From Monocercomonoides exilis PA203 (Eukaryota > Protista > Preaxostyla), in assembly GCA_001643675.2 (NCBI GenBank), contig LSRY02000013.1, forward strand, positions 682,001 to 746,000: a stretch of DNA of 64,000 nucleotides. Reading direction: 5' to 3'. Shown here piece by piece: positions 11,098 to 21,280 of this stretch. The notes under the pieces are model-generated. The model worked only from the letters and a program-made list of their open reading frames with translations, made no database searches and was not told where the DNA came from. Numbering within the stretch: position 1 is the stretch's first letter; each line of letters starts with the position of its first letter. The translations under genes were made by a program, and so were the position numbers.

Positions 11098-14000
11098 ATG
11101 ACGAATCCTTTCGTTGTTGCTTTGATGACTGATAGAAGTTTATCAACATTTGCATTATCTTTAACGGCAGGTTCTGTGATATTTGTTCCTCCATCAAAAT
11201 CTATACAATTATGTGATTTAGACATGGAATTCATACGAATGCATGTAGGCATTCCTTCAGGTAAAAATAAATCAATTTTTTATACAATGTCTGGAGCAAC
11301 TGTTATTGTAAATGATGAATTTGCAATTGTTCGTGATTTGCTGAGCCAAAATTCTAATAGTAGCTTTAGCAAAACTGACCATCTAAAAGTTCGCGAGACA
11401 GAAGTTTCTGTTTTGGGAAGAGGAAAATTCTATCTTCTTTCCCCATCTCATCAAAAGCTCGGTGAAATACCACGCGCGTCAACTTTTTACGAAAACGTTC
11501 ACGAAGTTTCTATGATTTTTATTGAGTCACCTCTCACTGAACTTCCTCAAATGATTCGATTTTCAAGAAGAAAGCAGATGACAAAAAATATTCATCTTTC
11601 AACTATAAATACAGAATTGAGGTATTTGTTGAGAATTCCAATTAAGCCTCAAGCCCCTAGATCATTTTCATCGTTACTATTTTTCCCGCCTCCACCTCCT
11701 GCAGTTTCTCATCACATTGTCATCAATGGATCCTCTGTTGAGGCAGAAAGTGATGATCTTTTAACTTTCTTTCCCAAATCATTGTTTGGATTTGAGCACT
11801 CTTCTTCTGCAAACCCACTGTCTGCATCGACCACGCTTGCTGGACGTATTTCAGGTAAAGGAAAGCAGACGCAGCTTATGCCGTTTTCTCATTTCCTTCC
11901 TCGTCCTCTGGAAACTCCTGAGGAGAAGCGAGAACGTGAATGGAAGACTGAAATACTTCAAAGAGTGAAGGAAAGAGAAAAGAAGAAGCAGAATAGAGAG
12001 GTCAGAGTTCTTGAAGCTGTCGCTGAGAGAAAGAGAAGACAGGAAAAAGAGTGGGCAAGGCGAGTAGGCAGAAACGAGGAACAGACAGAAGCAGACGAAA
12101 AGGAGGAGCAGCGCATAATCGTTGAAAGAGCACAAGAGAACGAAAAGCTGCTGCGACTGAAGAAGATGGTGAGAGCGAACCAATTGATGGGAGCGGTGCA
12201 CTGGATAAGCATAAGAGGCAATGAGAAAGCTGGCTCGGACACTTCTATTGAAACGGCAAACAGACAGAAGGAAGAAACCTGCAGCATTTCTGATTCAAAA
12301 GGAGAACAGCCGAAGAATGTCAATTCTATTGATGAAAAAGGCAACGACAGTTGTGCCAACTGGTCAGACGAGTCATCATTCGATGAAGAAACACACAAAA
12401 TCCCAAAGAAAAGGAAAGAGTTTGTAGCTGAACTTGAAGAATTTGATGAAGAAAACGACATTTTGGAAGAGCTGGAAGTGGAAGAGATCCGAATGCTGAT
12501 GAAACAGGAAGCCATCAAAGAAAAAGAAAGTGGGAAGGACGCTGGATTATTGGCAGACTATGAAGGAGCCTATGGAGACGAGGCAGATGAGTCAGCCGAT
12601 GAAAACCTGACGCTTGTTGATGTGGTCAGTGCTAGTGGTGGTTGGACAGAAGATAACGGGGCAGAAGTAATTTTGAGTGCAACAAGAAGCTTTCTGAAGG
12701 AGAAAATGATACAAAGCGGAGAGATATCATCAACTGAACATTCACTTTTACCGGCAGATGGAACACATATGAAAGCGAGCGGAGCCAAAAATGGGCAAAA
12801 CGGTGAAGTTTCAGATTCAAAGAACTTTGAAAGCGGAGAAAAGGAAAACGAAGATGATGAAGAAGATGAATGTGATGAAGAGCGAATGCGCAAAAGGATG
12901 CTTGAAAGAAAGAAGGAAAGAAGTGAAAGAATACAAAAAATGAAAAATGACTATCGTTTTCTGATAACAGGAGAGGTGCTGGACGTGTGGGAGAAGAAAG
13001 GTGAAAGCGAAGATGGTTCAGAAGAAGAAGGTTCCAATGCAGAAGGTGATGACATTGAGAAAGAGAGCGACCTTCTCACCAATCTTTTGAGTGGTGTGAC
13101 AGCTGATGATTCGGACAGCTCATCTTCGGAGGCAAAGGAAAAAGATGCTGAAGAGCATGCATTGAATGAAGATAAACCTGTGAAGAAGAATGACTCATCC
13201 GAAGACAGTACACATCAGCTTCATTTTATCTCTGTTCAAATAGGCTCTCTTTTAGCAACATTTTCAAAGCCATCAAACGGGGCGAAAAGGAAAAGTAAAT
13301 CCAACAAAAAAGCGAGCAGTTCGTTTGAGAAAAGACAAAAGAGATTGATTCGCAGGAATTCATATTTGCCAGCCAGCACAAAAGGAAGATTGCGAATGCA
13401 AAGGAGTGATGTCAGTGATAACTTCAGCAAAGCAGACTGTCTTTCGTCGTTGGATTCGCTTCAGGACGATTTCTCAGAAAATGTTGTGAAGGCGAGGAAA
13501 TGGAGCTCTGTTCCTGCACCTCGCTCGCAAAGATCCAGACGCAAGCACAGTTGCAATGAAACTAAGGAAATGCGCTATTCAGTGAAAAAAAGAGAGAGAA
13601 AGCTTCCGTCTCCTTTCGCTTTGCTTTCGTCTGAAAGAAGCAGCATTGGTAACTCGGTTCCTCAGCTGGATTATCTCTTCGGAAACATCCTTCTTCCGCC
13701 TTTTGTGTGGAATCACATTCATTTTCTGACATCCTTGATACAATATCATTCTTCATTGGATGTTTGTCTTGATTCTCAAAATGCTTCTTTTCCTAATTCT
13801 TCTGCTATTCCACAAAACTCTGAAAGAATTGCACCTTCGCCTCTTTCCAAAGCATACGCACAGTCATTTCATAGTTGCATTGACGAATTCAGCAATATAA
13901 ATGACTGTTCTTGCGCTTCAGAGGAAGAAGAAGAAGATCAACATTCTCATTCAAACATTTCGGTTCCTCGTTCATTGGAGCCATTTGTTTCATCTTTTAT

Positions 14001-17000
14001 CAATGCAAGTCAGCTTGCCTTTCATTGCCTGTCTTTCCTCTTCCGCTCACCAACAAAACGAGACTCAGTCAAAGAACAGCCAACTTCAAATGGTTACCAA
14101 AATTATTCAATGAAACCGTCTTCATCTTTTTCTTCACTTTCGTCGTCAGCAACTTCAACGAACGGTCCATATTTTTCATCTGATTACAACAATTCCTCTT
14201 ATTCCGCATCGACTTCTTCGGTTCCAACCTTCTCTGACTGTTTTCCTTCGTCTTTCCTTGCTCCTCAGCTGATACACAACTCTACCCTGTTCTTTGACCC
14301 GTCCAATGGAAAGCCTTTGATAACCCCTTTAACAGTTGGAATTCGACACATCTTGTTTTCTTTCCACAGATGGCTTCACAGACGAGTTTTGAGCGAAATT
14401 GATAAGTTGAAACAAAAAAAATTGCAGAAAATGCAGAAAAGAATGCAAAAACAAAGATTGAAGCAAATGTCAATTTATAATTCTGACTGTTCAGTTGATG
14501 AAGAAGGCAAATCAGCCAACGATTTGGGTATTTCTTCAACAAAATGCGAAACTTCTTCTTTTTCACAAAATAACACTCGTTCCTCATCGACAAATCAACC
14601 AAATGCGAATCCTTCTCACACAAAATCAACAAAAAATTCTGATTTCTTTGAACGTGACTCGCTTCCTTTTGACGTTGCGCATTGCGTTGAATCTCTCCTT
14701 CTATGTCCATTTAACGATTCTGTTATATCAACAACATCATTTGCTTCTGCTGACTGGTCACTTTCTCGCCTTTTCTCGTCAGTTTCGCAGCTTCTTCCAT
14801 CTGCTTTTGGCATCTCTCCTTTCATTCTTTCATCACAGGATGCGAAAGATGCTAAAAGGATGATTGAAAAGCAGAAACCAGATAAAAAATACAATCTAAG
14901 TAATAAAACGGTCTCTGAAGCAAACAACTCACATTCATCCAACAGTAACATTGCGTCAACCACAAAAAGTGGCAGCTTCAAAGCTTCTTCAACGAAGCAA
15001 TGCCATCTCTGGCTGAAAGCCATCACACTTCTGCAAGAGTTGCATTTGGAGCCGACTCCAAGTGGCATATTGAAGAAGATGTGTGAAGCGATGAATGCTC
15101 TGGGATGGATGATCCGAAAGGCAGAAGAAAGGGAACAGAAGGAAAAAGAAAGACTGGCTGTGGAGTCGAGACAGAAAGAGAAGCAGTCGAGTTCTGCAGA
15201 TTCGCAGAACAGCACTTCTCAAGCGCAGTCTCCCGTTCCCTCTCCTTCGCCAACGCCTTCTCCTTCTCAATCACCCTCGCTTGTGTCTGCTGATGATCTT
15301 CTGCCTCTGCTGCTCTACACAATCATTCAGGCGAATCCTCCAAATCTTGTGACAGCAGCTTGTTTCACTGCAACATTTTGGATTCATCTGGATTCAAAGA
15401 ATCTTGCGGGATCGAAATGGCACACTCTGTTTGCACATCTCGTGGGAGGTGTTCAAATGGCTGCTTCTGTTCATCAGATGGTTGGCGAGGAACTGATTGA
15501 TGCAAATGAAGAGTCAATTAAAGAGGAAAATTCGGAAATAAATTTGGAGATGGAAAAGGAAATAGAAGGAGGGAAAATAACGTGTTCAGTTAATCGGAGG
15601 GAAAAAATAACAGCAAAAGAGGCTATTTCTGCAGCTGGGTTTGACGTAAGTGAGAGAAGGCTGATTGATTTGCTTCTTTTTCATTCAAAAGAACCTAATG
15701 AAAAACCGAAGGCTTCTAATTTGCAGAGTATTGATCAAAAAGATGCTATTATCGCTTCTTCTGCTGAAAATTTTAAAACTGAAGAAAAAGTAGTTGAGGC
15801 TGATGCATCGGAAAACTCACAAAATGAATTGAAATGTTCAAATGAAGAAAAAGAAGCTGAAAACAAGCAAAAGGATCAAATTGAAAAGAAAAAAGATGAG
15901 GTTACAAAAAATACGGCTGTAAGTTTTGCTTATTATGCTGTTGAAAATGATACCTTTACGAATTCTATGCAACCTCTAAATGAAGATACAGGCATTCGAA
16001 GCGAGATTAATGAAACAGAAGCAACAGCTGATGAAGAAATATTTAGCAATGCGCAAAAAGAAAATGATGATATTGGCGAAAAATCTGCTCAAGAAATTTC
16101 GACCGATTCTATTCTGGAGACAGCTGTCAGTTCGACATTTAACGATTTAAGTGATTCTTCGGTCGATCATCAAACAGAAGATTGCTCCATTACAAAAGTG
16201 GACATCAAAAATAATTTTGTTGAAATGCCTCAAAAAGAAAATGAAAAATACAAAACAGCAAATGAAAATGATTCAATAGTTGAAGGCAAAGATACTTTTG
16301 AAGAGTTTCAGCCATTGCTTTTTGATGACTATGCAATTGAGAATCAAGATGCAAAAACAAACAAGGAAGAATTTAAAGATGAAAAAGAAATATTGGAGAC
16401 TCTTGTGAATACAGCAAGCATTGGATTTTGCAAGTTTCATTCAAAAAAAGCAACCTCTGATCAAATAAAAAGAAAGGAAGAAATTGAGCAAGTTATGCAG
16501 CAACAAGAGGACAACGAAAAAAGCGAAAACGATAAAATCGATATAAATTCCACGAGTGAAAAATCATCGTCATCTGAAAATGTTCCCCCAGGGAAAGTGG
16601 CTGAGGGAGAGAGTAATGAAGAAGATAAGAATGTTTCCGCTCCAGAAAAAAAGCATGAGATTGAAGAGGAAGCTGCAAAAATACAATATGAACAAGATGA
16701 GCTTCATTCAGTTCTGCACATAGACCTTCCCTTTGTTGAACCAAAATCAAATGTTGATTGTGCAAACGATATAAATCATTTGGAAGATAATGCAGATTCA
16801 AAGCTTTATTCCTTTGAATCAGGAAAAGAAGTCTTCATTGAAGATAACAAAAATGCAATTCATTCAAACGAAAACCAAACTTCGAAACTTTTGGAAGATA
16901 AAAATGTTTCGGTTGATATTGTCGAAAGCATTTCACCAGAAAACGAGTTAACAACAGAAAAGAAACCTGTGACTTTGCTTGTCGAACAGAAAACTTCAGA

Positions 17001-17988
17001 AATTCAAGAAACTTCTATTTTGAATGATCTGCCTCATGAAAATCCAATAACTCGGTTGGAAAAAGCAAAAACTGTTGATTTTGCAGCAGAGTTTCATGAA
17101 GATTTAAGGCAAATCAACGCAAATAGTGAGAATTGCACTGAAAATATGAATTCTTCGCCATCTGAGACAAAAGATAATGTTGAAAATTTTTATGAAGCTT
17201 CAATTCAACATCCAGAAATTTTGGAAGGCAATGGAGTAGCTGTTGATCATCCAGAAGATTCATCTTTATCTTCAAAGTCTTTTTTGTCTTCTGTTAGTAA
17301 TTCTTCTTCAACTGATAATTCGATAGTGTCAAAGGCTGAGAGCAATTCCACTGAGACTGAAGAGAAACAAAATGAGCATGAAGAAGTTAAAACACCGCAA
17401 AAGCCTACTACAGGTATCTTTATTCGAAAATTGTTAGGACGTTTTGGGAGAAAGGCACAAGAAACTTTAGATAATGAACAGGAAAATTTGATTGATGAAA
17501 ATCTTAAAGATACAGAAAAGCAAGGGGAAGCAAAAGATGTTGAGAAAGTAAAGAATGAAAAGAAAAATGCAAAAGAAGAGAAAATGAAGCAAAAGAAAGA
17601 AGCAAAAGAGAATGAAAGCAAGGTTAAAGCAGTAGAAAGCAATGAACTAACACCAGAAGAAAGATCCAACATATTCTATATGTTAGGGCAAAAGAGACTT
17701 CAAATGATGAAAGAAAAAATGGAAAAAGAAAGGCATGCTAATTCTGTTCATTCTTTTGGAGTTCAGCCCTCTTCTGTAGCTGCAACAAAATCGCTTCCAT
17801 TTTCTCTTCCACCATCGAAGCAGTTTTACGAAACTGACCAAGGGCAAACTTCAGTCCACTTTAACATAAATGCTCCAGCCAGTCTTCCCCCGAAACCTTC
17901 TGTTCCTCCTCCACCTCCGCCTAAAAGTTTGATTTCTTTGCCTTCAGACTGTTCTCCTATTAAAAAATATTCTCAAAATTATGATTGA
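11098..17988 (+). CDS. Large intronless VPS9-domain Rab GEF with VARP/ANKRD27-like N-terminal domain (~2296 aa; alternative ATG 11059)
   Basis: VPS9 motifs WLKAITLLQELHLEPTP and SADDLLPLLLYTIIQANPPNL. N-terminus NPFVVAL...IFVP...TFYENVHEVSMIFIESPL resembles the VARP N-domain. The remainder is low-complexity E/K/S-rich. Confidence 0.75.
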   Translation: MTNPFVVALMTDRSLSTFALSLTAGSVIFVPPSKSIQLCDLDMEFIRMHVGIPSGKNKSIFYTMSGATVIVNDEFAIVRDLLSQNSNSSFSKTDHLKVRETEVSVLGRGKFYLLSPSHQKLGEIPRASTFYENVHEVSMIFIESPLTELPQMIRFSRRKQMTKNIHLSTINTELRYLLRIPIKPQAPRSFSSLLFFPPPPPAVSHHIVINGSSVEAESDDLLTFFPKSLFGFEHSSSANPLSASTTLAGRISGKGKQTQLMPFSHFLPRPLETPEEKREREWKTEILQRVKEREKKKQNREVRVLEAVAERKRRQEKEWARRVGRNEEQTEADEKEEQRIIVERAQENEKLLRLKKMVRANQLMGAVHWISIRGNEKAGSDTSIETANRQKEETCSISDSKGEQPKNVNSIDEKGNDSCANWSDESSFDEETHKIPKKRKEFVAELEEFDEENDILEELEVEEIRMLMKQEAIKEKESGKDAGLLADYEGAYGDEADESADENLTLVDVVSASGGWTEDNGAEVILSATRSFLKEKMIQSGEISSTEHSLLPADGTHMKASGAKNGQNGEVSDSKNFESGEKENEDDEEDECDEERMRKRMLERKKERSERIQKMKNDYRFLITGEVLDVWEKKGESEDGSEEEGSNAEGDDIEKESDLLTNLLSGVTADDSDSSSSEAKEKDAEEHALNEDKPVKKNDSSEDSTHQLHFISVQIGSLLATFSKPSNGAKRKSKSNKKASSSFEKRQKRLIRRNSYLPASTKGRLRMQRSDVSDNFSKADCLSSLDSLQDDFSENVVKARKWSSVPAPRSQRSRRKHSCNETKEMRYSVKKRERKLPSPFALLSSERSSIGNSVPQLDYLFGNILLPPFVWNHIHFLTSLIQYHSSLDVCLDSQNASFPNSSAIPQNSERIAPSPLSKAYAQSFHSCIDEFSNINDCSCASEEEEEDQHSHSNISVPRSLEPFVSSFINASQLAFHCLSFLFRSPTKRDSVKEQPTSNGYQNYSMKPSSSFSSLSSSATSTNGPYFSSDYNNSSYSASTSSVPTFSDCFPSSFLAPQLIHNSTLFFDPSNGKPLITPLTVGIRHILFSFHRWLHRRVLSEIDKLKQKKLQKMQKRMQKQRLKQMSIYNSDCSVDEEGKSANDLGISSTKCETSSFSQNNTRSSSTNQPNANPSHTKSTKNSDFFERDSLPFDVAHCVESLLLCPFNDSVISTTSFASADWSLSRLFSSVSQLLPSAFGISPFILSSQDAKDAKRMIEKQKPDKKYNLSNKTVSEANNSHSSNSNIASTTKSGSFKASSTKQCHLWLKAITLLQELHLEPTPSGILKKMCEAMNALGWMIRKAEEREQKEKERLAVESRQKEKQSSSADSQNSTSQAQSPVPSPSPTPSPSQSPSLVSADDLLPLLLYTIIQANPPNLVTAACFTATFWIHLDSKNLAGSKWHTLFAHLVGGVQMAASVHQMVGEELIDANEESIKEENSEINLEMEKEIEGGKITCSVNRREKITAKEAISAAGFDVSERRLIDLLLFHSKEPNEKPKASNLQSIDQKDAIIASSAENFKTEEKVVEADASENSQNELKCSNEEKEAENKQKDQIEKKKDEVTKNTAVSFAYYAVENDTFTNSMQPLNEDTGIRSEINETEATADEEIFSNAQKENDDIGEKSAQEISTDSILETAVSSTFNDLSDSSVDHQTEDCSITKVDIKNNFVEMPQKENEKYKTANENDSIVEGKDTFEEFQPLLFDDYAIENQDAKTNKEEFKDEKEILETLVNTASIGFCKFHSKKATSDQIKRKEEIEQVMQQQEDNEKSENDKIDINSTSEKSSSSENVPPGKVAEGESNEEDKNVSAPEKKHEIEEEAAKIQYEQDELHSVLHIDLPFVEPKSNVDCANDINHLEDNADSKLYSFESGKEVFIEDNKNAIHSNENQTSKLLEDKNVSVDIVESISPENELTTEKKPVTLLVEQKTSEIQETSILNDLPHENPITRLEKAKTVDFAAEFHEDLRQINANSENCTENMNSSPSETKDNVENFYEASIQHPEILEGNGVAVDHPEDSSLSSKSFLSSVSNSSSTDNSIVSKAESNSTETEEKQNEHEEVKTPQKPTTGIFIRKLLGRFGRKAQETLDNEQENLIDENLKDTEKQGEAKDVEKVKNEKKNAKEEKMKQKKEAKENESKVKAVESNELTPEERSNIFYMLGQKRLQMMKEKMEKERHANSVHSFGVQPSSVAATKSLPFSLPPSKQFYETDQGQTSVHFNINAPASLPPKPSVPPPPPPKSLISLPSDCSPIKKYSQNYD

Positions 17989-18240
17989 AAAATAATTTTT
18001 TTTAAAGCCAATTTGTACGTAATTTTTTGCTTTATGAATTTTATTTCATTCAATATTTTCTACCATTTTTCTTTAAATTTTAGTTCTTCCTAATTTTTTT
18101 TTTTAATTTTTTTTTTCATGAGAATGGAAGACTTTTAATGATATGGAAACCGAAAAAGTTTGGAACAAATCGTAGTATTTTTTAAAGAAACAAAAATTTG
18201 ATCCCAATGTTTTGCTTTAGTATCAACTTTTAAATGGGAC

Positions 18241-19350
18241 TTTTTCCTTTATTGGCCCTTTTTTTTGTAATTGCTTGCCAACTACTGAAAAACGCTGATT
18301 GGCTTTCTGTACTTCAAAAAAACCTTTTTTTACAAGTTTGACACAATTTATTTACTGTTTGTTTTTTAATTTTTTTTCATAAGTGTTTGAGAAATTTCGT
18401 TTTTTTGTTGAATTTGAAAGGACTATTATCAGCCAACCAGGCAACACCCAAGAAATTGGGAACATGTTTTTATATAGCATTTGCTTTGAACTATTAATCA
18501 TTAAATTCTTTTTTTCACAAACACTTTTTTCTTGTTTTTTTTTCACATTTCAATTTTTATTTCGACATGCAAGAACAAAACTGATTATTTCTTAGAAAAT
18601 ATGATTAAATGAAAAAATAAAAATATGACCTATCAAATAAACACTTTCATAATAATGTGTATTAAAGATTGAGTTGTCTAAATTTTTTTGTAAAGTTCCT
18701 TCAGTTGAGTTTTCAAATAAAATAAAAAATTCACATTTCGATCAAATTTTTGTTCCCATTTCTGAAATTTCATAGAAAAGTCTATGATAGCGTTATCAAG
18801 TTTTTTCTTCTTTAATGGTGAAGTTTAGTGAGTGAGAACCGAAATTTGATCGAAATGTGAATTTTTTATTTTATTTGAAAACTCAACTGAAGGAACTTTA
18901 CAAAAAAATTTAGACAACTCAATCTTTAATACACATTATTATGAAAGTGTTTATTTGATAGGTCATATTTTTATTTTTTCATTTAATCATATTTTCTAAG
19001 AAATAATCAGTTTTGTTCTTGCATGTCGAAATAAAAATTGAAATGTGAAAAAAAAACAAGAAAAAAGTGTTTGTGAAAAAAAGAATTTAATGATTAATAG
19101 TTCAAAGCAAATGCTATATAAAAACATGTTCCCAATTTCTTGGGTGTTGCCTGGTTGGCTGATAATAGTCCTTTCAAATTCAACAAAAAAACGAAATTTC
19201 TCAAACACTTATGAAAAAAAATTAAAAAACAAACAGTAAATAAATTGTGTCAAACTTGTAAAAAAAGGTTTTTTTGAAGTACAGAAAGCCAATCAGCGTT
19301 TTTCAGTAGTTGGCAAGCAATTACAAAAAAAAGGGCCAATAAAGGAAAAA
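18241..19350. repeat. Inverted repeat, 509-bp arms (18241-18749 / 18842-19350), 92-bp spacer
   Basis: Mirror ORF pairs sum to 37591. Arms are reverse complements with no mismatch found by eye. Imperfect pairing extends to about 18222/19369. Confidence 0.95.
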
Positions 19351-20103
19351 CTCCCATGAAATAGTTGATTCGGTGTTGCTTCATGGATTTTTATAATGAG
19401 TAATTTAAGATTAGGTTATTGCTTATTAACAAAATTTTTGAAAAAAATATATTTGTGAATATTTTTGAATGAAAAAATAAAAAATATTAATTAAAGGAAC
19501 TTGTGAGGTATTTCACCTGTCCGTTTTTTCAAAATTCAAGAGAAGATTGGTTATAATTTAGGCTGCAAATAATCACATTTTTTCTAACATCAAAAAAAAA
19601 ATTTCTTATTTTTTTTTGTTATTTCATCTGTAATAATCACTCCAAAATCGCGAATAATCACTAAATTTAAGAAAACGATAGGTATTTTTCTTCATTGGTT
19701 CTTTTGACATTTCAACTTGCCTATCAATTGAGAATTCACTCTTCGTTTTAAAGCATTGACTTCCAGTCTTAGCAAAAATAATGCTTGTTTTATCAGATTT
19801 GATTATTATTACAATATTATTTTTCTTTTGTGGAAATATTGCAATTATTTCTTTTTCGTATTGGAAATTTTTTATTCCTTCTTTTTTATATCTGCCACTA
19901 AATATTCTAGCTCCCAAGAGAACAAAAGAAATGTATTTGTAAAAAGAAAACTTTCTTAACTTTTTATTAATAATTCCAAAAACAATTTTTTTATTCATTG
20001 ATTTTTTAAAAATCGATCTTAAATCTTAGCGTTTGTTTTTTAAAATCAAAGAAAAGCTCACATTTCAACATGCTTTTAATTTTGAGTGTTTTAAATATTG
20101 TTA

Positions 20104-20509
20104 TAGTTAGTGTTAATAATGGTGGACACTTTCAAAATCTGTGGACAGTCGAATTTTCTCAACAACAATTGATAGTTGCATTTTGACAATTAGCCCGATT
20201 ATTTCCTTATTGAATACAAACTCATGTGAATTGTTTTAATAATTTATCCAACACAGTGAAAAATAACTATTCTTATTTTTTGTTTTTGGAGAAACTCGGA
20301 GAAATAAGATTCTCCGGGTTTTTCCGAAAAATAAAATTGCATCTTTCTTTTTTCTTGGAAGCAAGTTGTTTCATTTTTCTATAACTTTTAAGTTCATATG
20401 CATTGAGGAAATAATTGGGCTAATTGTCAAAATGCAACTATCAACGGTTGTTGAGATCACACAACTGTCCACAGTTATTGAAAGTGTCCACCATTATGAA
20501 CACTAACTA
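20104..20509. mobile_element. MITE (Tc1/mariner-pogo type), ~120-bp imperfect TIRs, TA target duplication
   Basis: TA|TAGTTAGTGTT...AACACTAACTA|TA. 17 mismatches in 120 bp of TIR. GTGGACA repeated twice per TIR. Small central hairpin at ~20284-20330. No ORF. Confidence 0.8.
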
Positions 20510-20938
20510 TATTGTCATTAATAATTTTTTTTTGACATTTTAAACTTCGTTTTTTTTATTATTTGTTCCATTTCACAAAATTTCGACAAATTGAAGTTTT
20601 AATATGAATGAACGAGATTTTTCGTAATTCTAAACGCGGAAATATGAATATAATTAACAAAAAAGGATTCTAAAAATGAATAAAACATCAATTTTATTTA
20701 TGATCGTGATTATTATTCAGAAAAACTTGCATTTGGATAATTTTTGTTTCTTTTACTTCAAACTAAGTGATTTTGATTTAAAATTTCTGTAATGAACATA
20801 AATATCATTTTTTCAAACATTTTTCAACATTGGTGTTTATTTTCGAAGTCATAACTTTTTTCTGTGTGATGATTTTCAAAATGTTTTATTCCTTTGGAAA
20901 AGAATTCTCCATTTATTGAGCAAAAAATATAGGACATC

Positions 20939-21280
20939 GCACACAATACCGGACAAGATCAATTTCACAATAACCACAAGAGGAATAATTCTGATAATTT
21001 TTATCAAAATATACACCATCAATACAAACTCAATTGATAAACGAGACTTTCAGGACAGCTTCGCTTGAGCTCAGAAAAAATAAATGTCGAAATTTCGGAG
21101 AAATAGAATTTTGAGTTTATCAAAGATTTCGATATTAATTTTTTCCGAGCATAAACGAGGAAGAAATGAAAGTCTTGTTTATCAAATGTGTTTGTATTGA
21201 AAAGATATATTTTGATAAAAATTATCAGAATTATTCCTCTTGTGGTTATTGTGAAATTGATCTTGTCCGGTATTTTGTGC
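20939..21280. repeat. Inverted repeat, 75-bp arms (20939-21013 / 21206-21280), 192-bp spacer
   Basis: Arms are reverse-complementary with one mismatch (GCACAcAATACCGGACAAGATC...ATCAAAATATA). Confidence 0.9.

Noticed and set aside
18352-19239. Paired 64/70-aa ORFs
   Set aside because: Low-complexity by-products of the inverted repeat with non-ATG starts.
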